From assembly GCF_041146345.1 (NCBI RefSeq), contig NW_027191415.1:1240001-1304000 (forward strand): a stretch of 64,000 bases of DNA, given 5' to 3'. Origin of the DNA: Neodothiora populina (taxonomy: Eukaryota). The notes beneath the pieces are model-generated. The model worked only from the letters and a program-made list of their open reading frames with translations, did no database searches and had not been told where the DNA came from. A program made the position numbers and the translations under genes. Shown one piece after another: positions 26,208-38,500 of the stretch (positions within the stretch are counted from its first letter, which is position 1; each line of letters starts with the position of its first letter).

Positions 26208-27086
26208 CCATTCAGTCTGTAACAAGTACCTGAACCAAGAACTATAAAAACAAAAACAAACATAAATAAATAGCCAAAACACCAGATTATCCACCCTGTC
26301 ACCGATCTCTTGATGATCTACGGTTAAAAGCACACTACCCGCTACAGTACAGTAGGCAGCCCTCGGTACCTTGGTCCGTGTGAGGTTCTGGCTCTTCTGT
26401 TCTTTCTTTGTCCGGAGACTGTAAATGTGGGACACACGACACGCGCTTTTCCTTTGTCCTTTTCCTGTTTCTTCCTCTGGCTGCTGCGGTCTCGCCCTCC
26501 CGAATCAGGCACACGCAAGAGGATCTTCCCCTTGCGAAGGCCCGGCCTGTAGCACGGACACTTCATTACTCGTGGCCACTTTGGCTTTAGTGATGGATAT
26601 CGTGTGCTGTGCTGTGCTGTTGACTCGGCTTCTCGCGTGGTAAGCTAAAGTAGAATGGTCGCCGACGGTCGATCATCCAGGGGGATCGGCTTCTGATGTC
26701 GTAGACCATAGATTTGTACAGTACATACATGACTGAAGCTACGATCGTCATATCCATCGAGACAGTATCGATGGCTGGCAGGCATTGAAGACTACGGATT
26801 TATGAGATGCTTGCGCTGACGTACTACTGTAGCAATAACCCATTCGTGACGGTGTTCGGGCACGTGTGCTGGATCTTCACGCTATTCGTGTGATCGGCTT
26901 GTTCGTTCGTCCTTAAATGGCTGTCCTGTTCACATGTCGTCGCCAATTCCAGTCATTGTCCATCAATCCCATGCTGTGCCATCACAATAACGTATCCGAG
27001 TTCTCACGTCCTTCCAAAACGCCTCTCGTGTCTCTTTCCCATTTTCGTGTTTCTCCCGACCAGTATGTTGACCCAAAAAAAAGGCT

Positions 27087-29117
27087 TCAGCCGGGATAGC
27101 TGCCCGCGCTGCCAAACGATTGACCCAGAGAAGTCGAATACCTCCTGTTGATCGGCTCGTTCATGCCTATCGGCGCCGACATCTTCCTCGACGTCTTCCG
27201 CTGCAGTGTCCCAGATGTCTGTCGCCGGATCTGGTCGCGCGAGGCGCCATCGGAAGTATATCCGTCTTCCGACGCGCCAGTTATCGAAGACGCCGTATTG
27301 GTCCTGCTGAGCAGTGGGCCGACTCCGCCGTAGCCCTCTTCTTGCTCCTCCTCTTCCTCTTGCGCAGTCGCTGTAGCCAATGCCTTTCGCGAAGCCCCTT
27401 GATCGTCCTCGTCTGCCACGTCCTCTTCGTCACTGTCCTCGACGTCGTCGTCGTCGCCTCCGAAGCCATCGCCCTCCACAAGCCAAAAGGTAGGGATCGC
27501 AGATACAAAGGCGATAGCAGATAGAAGCCACCATGGTGCGATGATGAAGTTTCGTTGTATGCCGAGAGTGAACACCGTTCCTCCGATCGCCGGACCAAAC
27601 GCCCTGCCTAGTGCGCCACAGCTAGTTGCTAGACCGTTCAGCGTGCCCAGGATACGCAGACTGCTCGCCGAATTGGTGAGCAAGATGGTCGAGCTGGGGA
27701 ATGCAAAGGTCGTGCAACACCCCTTTGCTACCATGAAGCCGAAGATGGCGATCTGCTGGAGTGTCTGACTGGGCAGTAGCGCGGTGAAAGGTACGAAGAA
27801 ATAAACGACTGGCATGAGCACGGCGCAGATCCGCAGACATCGGAGCACACCGTATCGCCTGGCAATGGGTGGGAACACAAAGAACTGGACGAACATGCCC
27901 CAGAACCCGTAGAGCGTGAAGAGAAGACCAATGTGACGCGAGTCAAGACCGAACCCACCGGAGAACCTGAACGGTGGAGCAAAGGCTGGATTTCCATGTG
28001 ATTGGTCTTGCCTAGGATGGTGCATGAAGATTGGGATCAATTGATCAAAGGCAATGTTGTGCAGTGCAAGCAAAGTGTATACTATCAAATTCATGATCGA
28101 CTGGTAGTGAAGAACCTCTCGAATGCTTGGTGGAGGGGGAACATCCTTTGGCTTCGAGACCACACCGGTCTCTTCATCCGTGGCAGAACTGCTGGATAGG
28201 GTGGGCTTCAGCAAAGGCTCGCGCTGAGGCTCGTCGTCGGTGGTGCGGGTGAAAGTTCTCGTGATACTGCAAACGCTACGGCGTACGGCATGTTTCAGTT
28301 CGTCACCGAGCAGCAGTCCATAATCTCGTTGATCACGTCTTTCAGCTAGAGTCTCTTCGAGGAACAAGATCCCTATGATAATACCAAAGATGAAGATCGA
28401 TGCCGCTATTATGTTTGGTAATGCATAAGGGAATCTCTGAAGCAAGCTCGCATCCAACGGCAGAGGCTCCCCGGGCTCAATTCGAAAGGGATTCGCGAGC
28501 GCGCCTCCCATGGTAGGACCGAAAATACTACCTATGTTCCACACGAGCGGCATGATGGAGAAAGCCTTGGGCTGCAATTCCTTCCACGGAACCATTTCTG
28601 CAACGGATGTTCGGCTGACAAATGTGAGCTCAGCAGTACAGAAGCAAAAAAGAATACATCAACATACATTATACCGACGTTACCATTTCCAGCACCAGCA
28701 AGTGCGCGCGCAACAATGGCCATCGGGAGCGACCGACTGAATCCCCAGAGCAAACTCGTAATCATCGTTGAAGTCAGACCTAGAAGAATAACAGGTTTAC
28801 GCCCATACTTGTCACTGGCGCGACCCCAGGGCACCGCGGTCATGGTTTGAGCGAGTGGGAACATTGATGCAGCTATACCAGCCCATTTCGGCACTTGATC
28901 TTCAGACACATGGAGCGACGCAATCATTTCTGGGAGATATGGGAAGATAGACGTGAATGCAATAGGTTCTCCAAATCTAGCCAAAGCTGCGACAGTCTAT
29001 TAGAACCGCTTGTTTTGGAGGCATTGACTCGATGCCTGTGAACTCACCAAGCACCAGCATCTGCTGGACAGGCAGACGGCGTTCCGTCCCATGATGAGGA
29101 TGATTGTCCGCCTTCAT
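27087..29117 (-). CDS. MFS transporter (TetA/ZIF/YCR023C-like); exons 29117-29048, 28986-28668, 28614-27087
   Basis: ARFGEPIAFTSIFPY, motif A WGRASDKYGRKPV, ALAGAGNGNVGIIRT, GSIFGPTMGG and LGTLNG...GRAFGPAIGG; about 12 hydrophobic segments; both introns keep the frame. Confidence 0.92.
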
Positions 29118-30223
29118 ATCGATAATTCTTGTCTAGACCAAACGCTGTGCTATAGAGCGAAGACGCTTTTTATGTCTCGGCGAAGAAAACATCAACGAAG
29201 AGCCTGTAAATAAAGACCCATAAACAACAAAAGACTCGCCAGAGTCACAGCACGCGAGGCTACACCGCACGTTCGCCAGATCAGCAAAATAATGCATCGT
29301 CGCAAGCACGAAATGCCTTGCAGTAATAATACAAGATAAGATAGGTCACACGACACCCTCGGAGCGACAGCCGTGAGGTGCCGCGTGTACCGAAGCTCGG
29401 ACCGAACATGACATGCGCTAGGATCGACAATGCGCGTGGGAAGACGTTACTACCTACTGTACCTTCGTAGAACATATAGAAGACGAGAGCGTTGCGGACA
29501 ACACTAGAGCAGGCAGCGAAGTTGTGAGTCGGGACGATAGGGGAGATGTGAAGTCTGATATGCGGTTCGAGCACATGGACTCAGTGATTTAGATAATAGA
29601 TGATAGAGCATCATATGACCAATGCTGGCATCGAGGACATACTGTGTCTCAGAAATATAAAAAGCGTGCTCAGAGGATATACTCACGTCAGTCCACGAGG
29701 CGTTCAACCATCGTAGAATGCTCGACATGTCAACGGCGTGTCAACATGCCTTCGTCGCCGATACTGTGCTTCCCCTGTGCCCTTCGACTCCAAGGTCATT
29801 CTGCTGGCCAAGTACTCTGCCATCATGATGTCTAGAATAACATTCTGACTTGGGAGACCTTTAGCGTACTTCTTCGATGCTCAGATGAGCTACCGATGCC
29901 ATCAACGTCTTCGCTGCTTCGCAGTCTTCTGAATGGCTGCGGACTTTTGTGTCATCTCGACGATATGTTCTTCTACTGTCATCCGATTGAGACTATGCTC
30001 CTGTCGGTCATGGCAGGAATATGCTGTTTCATCGCCGCAGACTCGAATCTGCAAATGTCCGACCGCAGTGATTGTGGACTAAATATGTTGTGTTGGCTTT
30101 CATGGCTTGGATTTTGGTTCTCCATACTTCCTGCAACATGTCGTGCAGCTCGTGGTGCGCATGTTTGACGGAGAGAGGTCGCTGCTATGGGTGGCTGTTG
30201 TTTTTAACTAAATCCTGAAATCC

Positions 30224-31807
30224 TCACGGGATCTTGGGAGACGTGACTACGTCGTCCGCAAGATCACTATGTATCTCAACCTCCCTCAACGCCTCGATCC
30301 CTCCGTTTGGGACGGTCTTCCGCGAAGCATGATCCGCCGTGCACGATGTGGTCATGGTAGGCATGTTGCCACTCGAGCTGGCATAATCTGGTAGAAGACC
30401 TGGCAAGTCGTCTGGATGTGCAAAATTTGAGTAGAAAGATGTTGCAGCGACTGAAACCGCTGGTTGGCTTTTAGGCATTGATCCCGGCGTGGATTTCAAT
30501 GGCACATTCCTAGCAATATGTCGCGTGCCGGTTCCATTACTTTTGTGTGTGATATAGTAGAGGCTAAGAATGCACACGACAACTATCTGAGGTCAGTACA
30601 AGAATCCAGTAATGTTCGACGACCTCAAAGCACTCACCGTTAAAATTGCAAAACAGCAAGCACATCCAGGCGCGTTCGGCCACGATCACAGTCATGGTCA
30701 GGATGTTGGACAATGTTGACAGCAAAGTCGCAACCATGCCGATGAGTGTGCGAATAGCCATCTTTCGTAGTTCGGGATTGCTGCCGTTGCCATAGGACTG
30801 GAGCTCTAGATTGCGTCAGATGCTGGTGTATTGTGCTGCGAAGATTCACATACTTCTGATGGGTTCAACAAAAAGTATAGTGAGGTAGATCTGCAAAGCG
30901 TCAGTAGAGCAACGTGTTTAGGACAGAACTTCAGAATCCTACATTAACGCCAGTATCAAAAATCAGAGCCGGAACAAGAATTTGTCGTCCTAGACCAATG
31001 ACGCATTCGCCATGCTCATTTATCCTGTGCAGTCGGCTGCTATCGTTAGACCTTGATTCGTTGTTTAGGGATCGATCCACTCACTATACGAACAATAACA
31101 CCACGAAGGCGCCGTACACTCCTACGAAAGGTAAGTACTATCCCTTTAAGAAATGATGTGTTTTCATAAGCCTACCTAGCACTCCGACTGATTCGTGTTA
31201 GCTCAGTCTTCTCGTGCACCCTCAAGGATAGATGACTTACACAGATTGAAAAGGTACAGACGGTCCTTCATTCTACTCTTCGCGGGGTGCCGTACAATGC
31301 GCTAGATTCCACACGTCAATTACAAGGAGGCAAGTGACATGGGACTCGAGCACTTACAGCCTTTTCAACGAAGAATAGATACATGAACTAAGGCTGCATT
31401 AGCTCCATGACTACGCGAGATCAATGTCCGTTTGATGACTTACGATCCTGCTCGAGAAATAGAAGCAGAGGCCTGCCCGAAGAAGATACATGAGCGAACG
31501 TCGCATATGACTGAAAATAGAAATACCCACAAAACAAGATCGCCACATCACACAGCGATTCTGACCGATCCAAAGCGAAGTTCTTAGCAAGCACGCTTGT
31601 GCTGACGGTGTAGACCCATGCGTCGATGTATGTGATCAGAAGCAACCAAGTCGCTGCTGATAATCGAGTCCATGTTCGAATGTAAACCACTCGGCGACTG
31701 AAGCAGTATGCAATAATGGTGACCGAGATGAAGCTCACCAAAGACGTAAGCACACGAGGCCCCGCGGCCACTTTGTCACCTTGGGCTATGCGGGAGTGCC
31801 TTTCCAT
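30224..31807 (-). CDS. Uncharacterised putative 7-TM (GPCR-like) membrane protein, ~367 aa, 10 exons
   Basis: Exons 31807-31531, 31472-31444, 31387-31358, 31301-31241, 31187-31176, 31121-31085, 31036-30943, 30890-30854, 30805-30638 and 30582-30224 sum to 1104 nt with no internal stop. Nine GT-AG introns of 48-58 nt. About seven hydrophobic segments. Confidence 0.85.
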
Positions 31808-33546
31808 CTTGCCATGAAAAGGTGCAAGGAGACTTTGGCGAAGGAGATGAAGAATACAAGATTTGCATTGTGTTGGTATATCTGTGAGGACGGCGTGGAC
31901 TGGCGCACCGTCACAAACGGATTGACCGTTACGAATCTGGGACGTCTTCGCCGTTCATCCGCAACGGCCACCATTGATTATGTTCCAGAATTACCTATAG
32001 TCCAGTTGCACGTGTCTCACTCCATCAACGTCATGAGCTGTGGACGGTGAGTAATTTTTGTCTTATTTGTACGAACAGCATACAGGTCCGAATGAATTGC
32101 AATGCAAGACTCGAGCCTCGCGAAATAACTTCCACAACGTCCTGCGCTCATCTTCTCGATCGCGCTGTGTCATTTTTGTCTATGCCACTGAGGGTGAGTG
32201 AAGCCATGAACCCATGTGTTCTGTTGTCAGGAACGTTTCCAGCGTTGGAATGTCTTTGTCCTACGACGTTCTTACTCTCGCTTATATGAAGTTTTCTCGC
32301 AGGAGTAGACTCCGCAACTACATGTTCAGCAACGATCATTCGAACGGTACAACGTGTACCACGCTCCAGACCTACACGTTTACAACAACATGGCATCTCA
32401 TGATATATATAAGGCGAGCACCCGACGTGCACAGCGACGTACCGAGACCTATGGCAGTTCTTCGAGAACATCTCAGCCGGACTACCGTGAATAATAATGG
32501 CATCTCAAATACTATAAGCTCGAGTAGTACACCACGCTACATCACGCCACACCACGCGCGCAGATGATTTCTCGTTTTTATCAAACTTTGGCAGCGCTGT
32601 CCAGAGTCCCCAGAAATTGCTTAGATGTGGTGGGAGAAAGAGGAAATATTCCGGAGGTATGGGATGATTGTAGTAGAGGTCCTGATCTACATAGGTAATG
32701 AAGCTAAGGTACCTTACCTACCGTCATGTGTTCGACAGTCACCTACATGTTGAGACATCTAGGTACGAAACGCAAGGTTATCCCTGCCGTCTTTGTGGCA
32801 AGAAAGTCTGCATTGAGCCAATTTTATAACGAACCCTTGAAGATAAGTTTAACTTTCAACATTATTCAACTTTGAAACATCGCTTTCGAGTGGCATGAGA
32901 GGATCATCAATAAGAAATAGTGTTAGCTACCGTAAGATACTTCAAGGTGTGTCACCTTATACGAGGATAAAGACATCAACGGCAAAGTAAGAAGAGTAGT
33001 GCAAAAACGAAGTCAAACACACGTGGGAAAAGGCAGTTTGCTAGATGGGGAAATGCGGAGTCATAGATCGCAACTAATGTAGAAGGAACGAACGACGATC
33101 ACACCACCTGAACCTCCGTCTGCCATTCGGCTATACGGGCGTAGCCTTTGTCCGAAGTCCACGATTGTTACGACCCAGAAGAACCCACGGAAGGCATAAG
33201 ACCAGACGATGGTTCCTTTTGCCATTTATAAGCCTTTTGGCCATCGAATCTTGTACAGTACACTATGTTTCCGGCCTATGTTCTGACTTCTGCGCATAGC
33301 CAGTATTTGCCCTTCTGCGACAGAATTGTAGGCAAGACCATGGGCTCGTTGTAACTGCCTAAATTCGAGGACATCAAAGCGAGAGCAAGCAGATCAAGGC
33401 ATATGCAAAGCCTGAGCAGTAGATGGTGTGTGTGTCAAAAGTGAAGAGGAAAGTGTTATTATTTTTGGTAACCATTTATCCACCAAAAATGCAGCCTGGG
33501 ACTCTGAAGGTCCAATTCGTAACAGGCAATACCATTAAAATCATAT

Positions 33547-35182
33547 CTATCTTTTGAAGTAGCGCATCTCCAGAGGGCGCAAGACGAGGTACATCGTGAA
33601 AGAGAAAGCGAAAGCAAGTGCGGACCCAACATCGCCGCCAAAAGGTGCCTTACCAGCCTGAAGGGCAATAGGACCAACGAAGAAATTTTGCGACATGCCG
33701 GTGACCATACCAGCAATGCCGAAGCCGAAAGCAACAACAGCAGCGAAGGAAGGAGGAAGATTTGCAGGCTTGTCATAGTCACCAACAACGTATCCCTTGA
33801 GACCGCGCTTGAACACGAAGTGATCACATAGGGAAATTCCCTCGTAGATGGCGAGCCAGTAGCCAATGAAGTTCATGAAGTTCTCAAGGACGTCTTCAAA
33901 GTGAGAGTATCCAGGAATTGCAATGGCGATATAGCATCCGGTGGCAATACCGGTCCAGAGAAAACGTGGAACGCGCTGGGTCCAGCGACCCAAGATCTGA
34001 ACAGTCAAACCGACAGAGTAGAGGTTGGGGCAGTTGTTGGCGACAATGGAGAGAGCAAGGAGGACGAGGCAGAATTTGCCAAATGTGCCAAGGTGGGTGA
34101 TAAGAACGGCACCAAGGAGACCTCCAGTACCCGAAGCGTCGTATCCAGTTTGATACATGTTAACTCCGCCATTGATTGATGTAGCGGTGATGATAGCGAT
34201 ACCCAGGAACTCAGTGAAGAGAAGGGGGATGATCAAGCCAAGGAAAGTCCAGAAGAAGACCTTGACACGGCTCTGACTGGACGGCTGATAAACGGTGTAA
34301 TCAGCAGCATAACTGGTCCAGCCAGTTGCGAAGCCATAGACCGTGGCACCAAACGACAAGCAGTGGCCCATCTCCGCCTTGCCGACTTCCATCGGGATGT
34401 TGCGGAAGTCACCAGTGTGCGCAAAGACACCAAGAGTGATGAGGAACACGATGAAGGTCGGGATCCAGCTGTAGAACTCGTAGGCGTGGACGATCTTGTA
34501 GCCGAACAGAGTGATGGCGAAGGTCAAAATGGCAATGATGATCACACCGGCGAATCCAGGAACGTCGGTGTTGACGGTGTGGATAAGCTGGGCTCCAACA
34601 ATAGAGTTGACCGAAGACCATCCGATACATGCGATGATGTTGAAGACGGCGATGAGCTTTGCGCCCCACCAGCCAAACCAGAACCTTGAGAGCACCATCT
34701 GCCTCAGACCAAAGACTGGTCCAAAAGTAGAGAAAAAGCAGACGGGCAAGATGCCGATGATGTTAAAGAAGAGGCATACGAGGATAGCATCAACAAAGCC
34801 AAGGTAGAATATGGTCTTCGCTAGGATACCAATGGCGAAAGAAGACACGACCATGTTGGCCGAGAGCCACTTGAGGTATGTATTAGCATCATGACTTGAT
34901 CCGACTTATTCAAGGACTGAGGGTGCTCACCATAGTCGACACGTTCAGCAGAGCGCGAAAGCCCGTATCGGTACGTTCATCTTCAGGGACTCGCTCGATA
35001 CCTCTCTGCTCAATCTTGAGCTTTCCTGCCAGACGCTGTGCCTTTGCATAGAAGCCATCTCCATATGTGAAGGTTTCCCCAGGAACGGCTCCATCCTCCG
35101 CGATATATGAGGGGTGCTTGTCGGACTCGCTAGCGACACCCACGTCCACCGGGTTCTTCTCCAGATCGTAATGCGCAGACAT
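33547..35182 (-). CDS. FCY2: Purine-cytosine permease (NCS1 family, Fcy2/FcyB-like); exons 35182-34931, 34869-33547
   Basis: IEQRGIERVP, WLSANMVVSSFAIG, FGLRQMVLSRFWFG, GWTSYAADY and SIVANNCPNLYS; intron GTGAGC...GCTAAT...AAG. Confidence 0.93.
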
Positions 35183-35377
35183 CTCGGTGCCGTCGCTGCT
35201 CCTTGCACGTAGCTGTGAAGAATAGACGTGAGGCAACGGTTGTGCTGGAGTGCTGTGCTTGGGGTAGCCGAGAGACTATGAGTTTCTCTTACTCAAGAGT
35301 CGGGCGGGTGCGACTATTTGAAGGTGAGACTTGATCGCACCTCGCCGATGGGCCACGGGCAGGGCACATAAAAGCAA

Positions 35378-35575
35378 AGATAAAGGCTTGTCTAGGGCCC
35401 ATTGCTTAGATTGTCTTGGCTGAGGAGAGTTGCCATACGCGGTCTGCTCCGCTAAGAGTTCGAAGGCCGTTTGGCAAGGCTTGTACGATCTAGTGCCGTT
35501 CTGGAAGCCACTTGCCTTTTTCACCTGCCGCTCTACGATAGGAAACACATTCTATTGGCTCACGTATCAAGATAA
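35378..35575. promoter_or_regulatory. HGATAR sites upstream of the purine-cytosine permease (possible AreA/nitrogen regulation)
   Basis: AGATAA 35378-35383, CGATAG 35536-35541, AGATAA 35570-35575. The motif is short, so chance occurrence is possible. Confidence 0.35.
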
Positions 35576-38500
35576 GGCATTTCACGCGCATTGCCCATCT
35601 CAATATGGTGACCAAGATGTACTGTAAAGGCATCACCCGAGCTACCAGATCCTGGAGAAGTGGATGTATAGATGTACTTTACAGTAGCAGCTTTCGAACG
35701 ATCGGAACATCTGGATCGCATCGCTGCTCGCGCATTCTCAAGTAGGTGCAAGTATCTACCAGCATGACAGGGGTGCGGACGAACAGCATGGCGAGGTAAG
35801 CGTAGGCGAACGCCCATAGAGACCTATAGAGCGCTCGGCTTTGTGGGGAGTGGGTCCGGCCACGAAGGGCAAAGGGCGAACCGTAAAACCACCTCGGGAA
35901 CTTTTTTGACCCTGGACGAGATTGGGGCAAATTCGTCGTCTGAAAAAGCACATATTGCAGTTCTAGACTCGAGATTCACTTGATAGTCATCGTGTTTGGC
36001 ACTGATCCTGGCTTTTCTGTACGCATTGCACATCGCGAGATGGATATCTTCGCAAAGCCCTCGCCAATCATATAGCAAAACAATATCGTGCTGAAATTCA
36101 ACGAACCATATTGCAAGTAAGTTGTTATTAATGCCAAGAACTTTGATCGAATGTGTGGTTTCGGCTGCGATCCTAAAGATCCACTCAGTGCTTAAGCGAG
36201 CTGTTCCAGGACTGTAACATCAAGCCATGCGTCTGGAACCCCGGACAAGCCCTAGAACCCTCAAGCCTGAGGAGGAAACTGCAACATTGATCAAGCAAAG
36301 TTTGAGTACTGTGGTACCTAATTGAGTTCGCAACACTGTCGCGCTGGCCGACCTGACAGTAATGACCTTGTAATACAATTAGTTTTACGACAGAGATTCG
36401 CCGGTGTTACAGGTTCAAATGACCGCAGTTGACTTAGGGAACACGCCCTGATATGCATGTGAGTCAAACTCCAACATTGCCTTCCATAATTATCGTCGAA
36501 CGATCATGACCTGTGGTCAAAGTACACTACATCGTCTCGAGTAATGTGTACTGCACACCTGTGGGGTTGACTCTGCAGCGCTGTAAGGCACATAATGCGG
36601 GTGCGGACGAGCGCTTATCTCCGCCCGCATGCGTAGCCGTTGGAGTATTAACTTCATCGTACAACAACCATCAAACTGAGCTCATTGCTTCGTTCAGTAC
36701 AAGTGCTTCTCCGAAATACGTGATGCCGAATGTCCAGGATTCGTCGGCGCCCAGCGTCTTGGAAGCTTCTGACGGACTCGCACGACGGCGTTTTGCTATC
36801 TATGATCGATTCTTCGTGACTGTGTGACAGCAAGGTCCAATACTCATTGATAATGTCAGCTTGGAGAGCTCAAGAGAATGTAGCCCATTCGTCTGCAACA
36901 GCATGAGAGAGCTGGTCAGCCCAATACGTTGAGTTCTACCGCAAGTCAAACCTGCTTCCAACAACCACTGTGCTCGGTTCCAGCCTGATTCCGTTGCTAT
37001 GTGTGCTCAGCAGCATTACTTTCACTGCCATTAACAGCGCGAAACACCTTCACCCTCCATATATGTCAATCGTGCTTGTAGAAGCAATACTCATATACCT
37101 GGCCGGGTATTCACCAGCTTCGAAAGCAGCAATCATCTCTTTCATGTCATAGTACCATACATAACGACGCCATCAATAAACGATGACCACGGGCACATGC
37201 TGGCACAGCTTGATGAAGATGTATGAGTCTCGACCAACGCACAAGGTCGGGTGACGGCTCGAGAGCTCGATGTCCACCAGCTTGATCAACCAGCTAGAGA
37301 CCAATACTTGAGTCCCACCTCGACGATCATCCCTCAATCATGTCCGCAAATCACATCACTCACCTGGGCCCTTACATATCAACATGATACAGGACCGCAA
37401 AATTTAGGAGACTGTTGGTAGTAGTTGACGTAGAAGATGGCTCTCCACAGTCCAGATTCCAGGAATATTTCCATATTTCCGAGACACAGTCTGATGGTTC
37501 GGTCTTGACGGGATATGTCTGATGAACTACAGCCATCGCAAGAGAGATCATGCTGTCTTTACATGCACCAAAACAATCGACTACCTTCAATTAATCACAT
37601 GTCTTCCGGACAAGCCATACCAGCCTCGCCTGCGATTCCATCGATTCTCACAACCATAACTGGATCTCATACTTCACACCTGTCGGTGCAAGTCACTTTT
37701 CCATCAGCTGGTTAAGAAGCACATTACACGTTCCACGATCTTGCTCGTTTCCTCTAGCATGCGTGCTCACGATCTATGCCGAGCCAAATAAGATCCGATG
37801 ATATTCGAGAACGAGAGCAATGCCTAGTGACACGAGAAGCCTGTCTTGGTGCCATTGCAGACACTGAGCACCTCACTCGACACGTGAAGCGACAATATGC
37901 CATGCTTCGACACCTCTGTCAATTATAGAAGAAAGCTATGGGATATGGGAATCTCGGCCATGATTCTGCTCTGATACCGTTGTTCACGAAATGCCAATAT
38001 GGTATTGTCAAGTAAAGTCGCGATATGAAGGTAAGGTAGAGTTGTAAAGTGATGCCAAGGCGGATGCAATCACTCGTCACAGTTGTTTTGGTCAAGACAA
38101 TCTAGCCACGAAATCCTTTCAAAGTGGACAGAATTACATGATTGCTCGACAAAACTAACAGCTTTATTTATAGCCATATGCGCACAAGTTACAAGTACCT
38201 AGTCACAGGACATACGTGAACCCAATGAACTTGAGAAGATGGAATTGTGAAGCAACTCGGATTCTGCCATTGTCCAATGCACATAGAGTTGCACTGTAGA
38301 CGGATCCAAGAAAAAGAGTCGACAGTGGATCCGCATATAACAAAAAAATCATTACTTTCTGGCAATTGCGATCTACAGTCGTAGTGCACACAAAACATCC
38401 TTTCAGCGAGCCAGCGAAATTGTAGGTGTGTGTGTGTACTGATTGGGGCCCCGAAATCTGGTAGAAGGCAAATATGTGGATAGGCTGTAGCAGCAGCAGC

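Noticed and set aside
34870..36200. TPP riboswitch at the NCS1 permease
   Set aside because: No conserved aptamer elements (CTGAGA...TGAT...ATAATACCAGCG-like) seen in the intron or leader.
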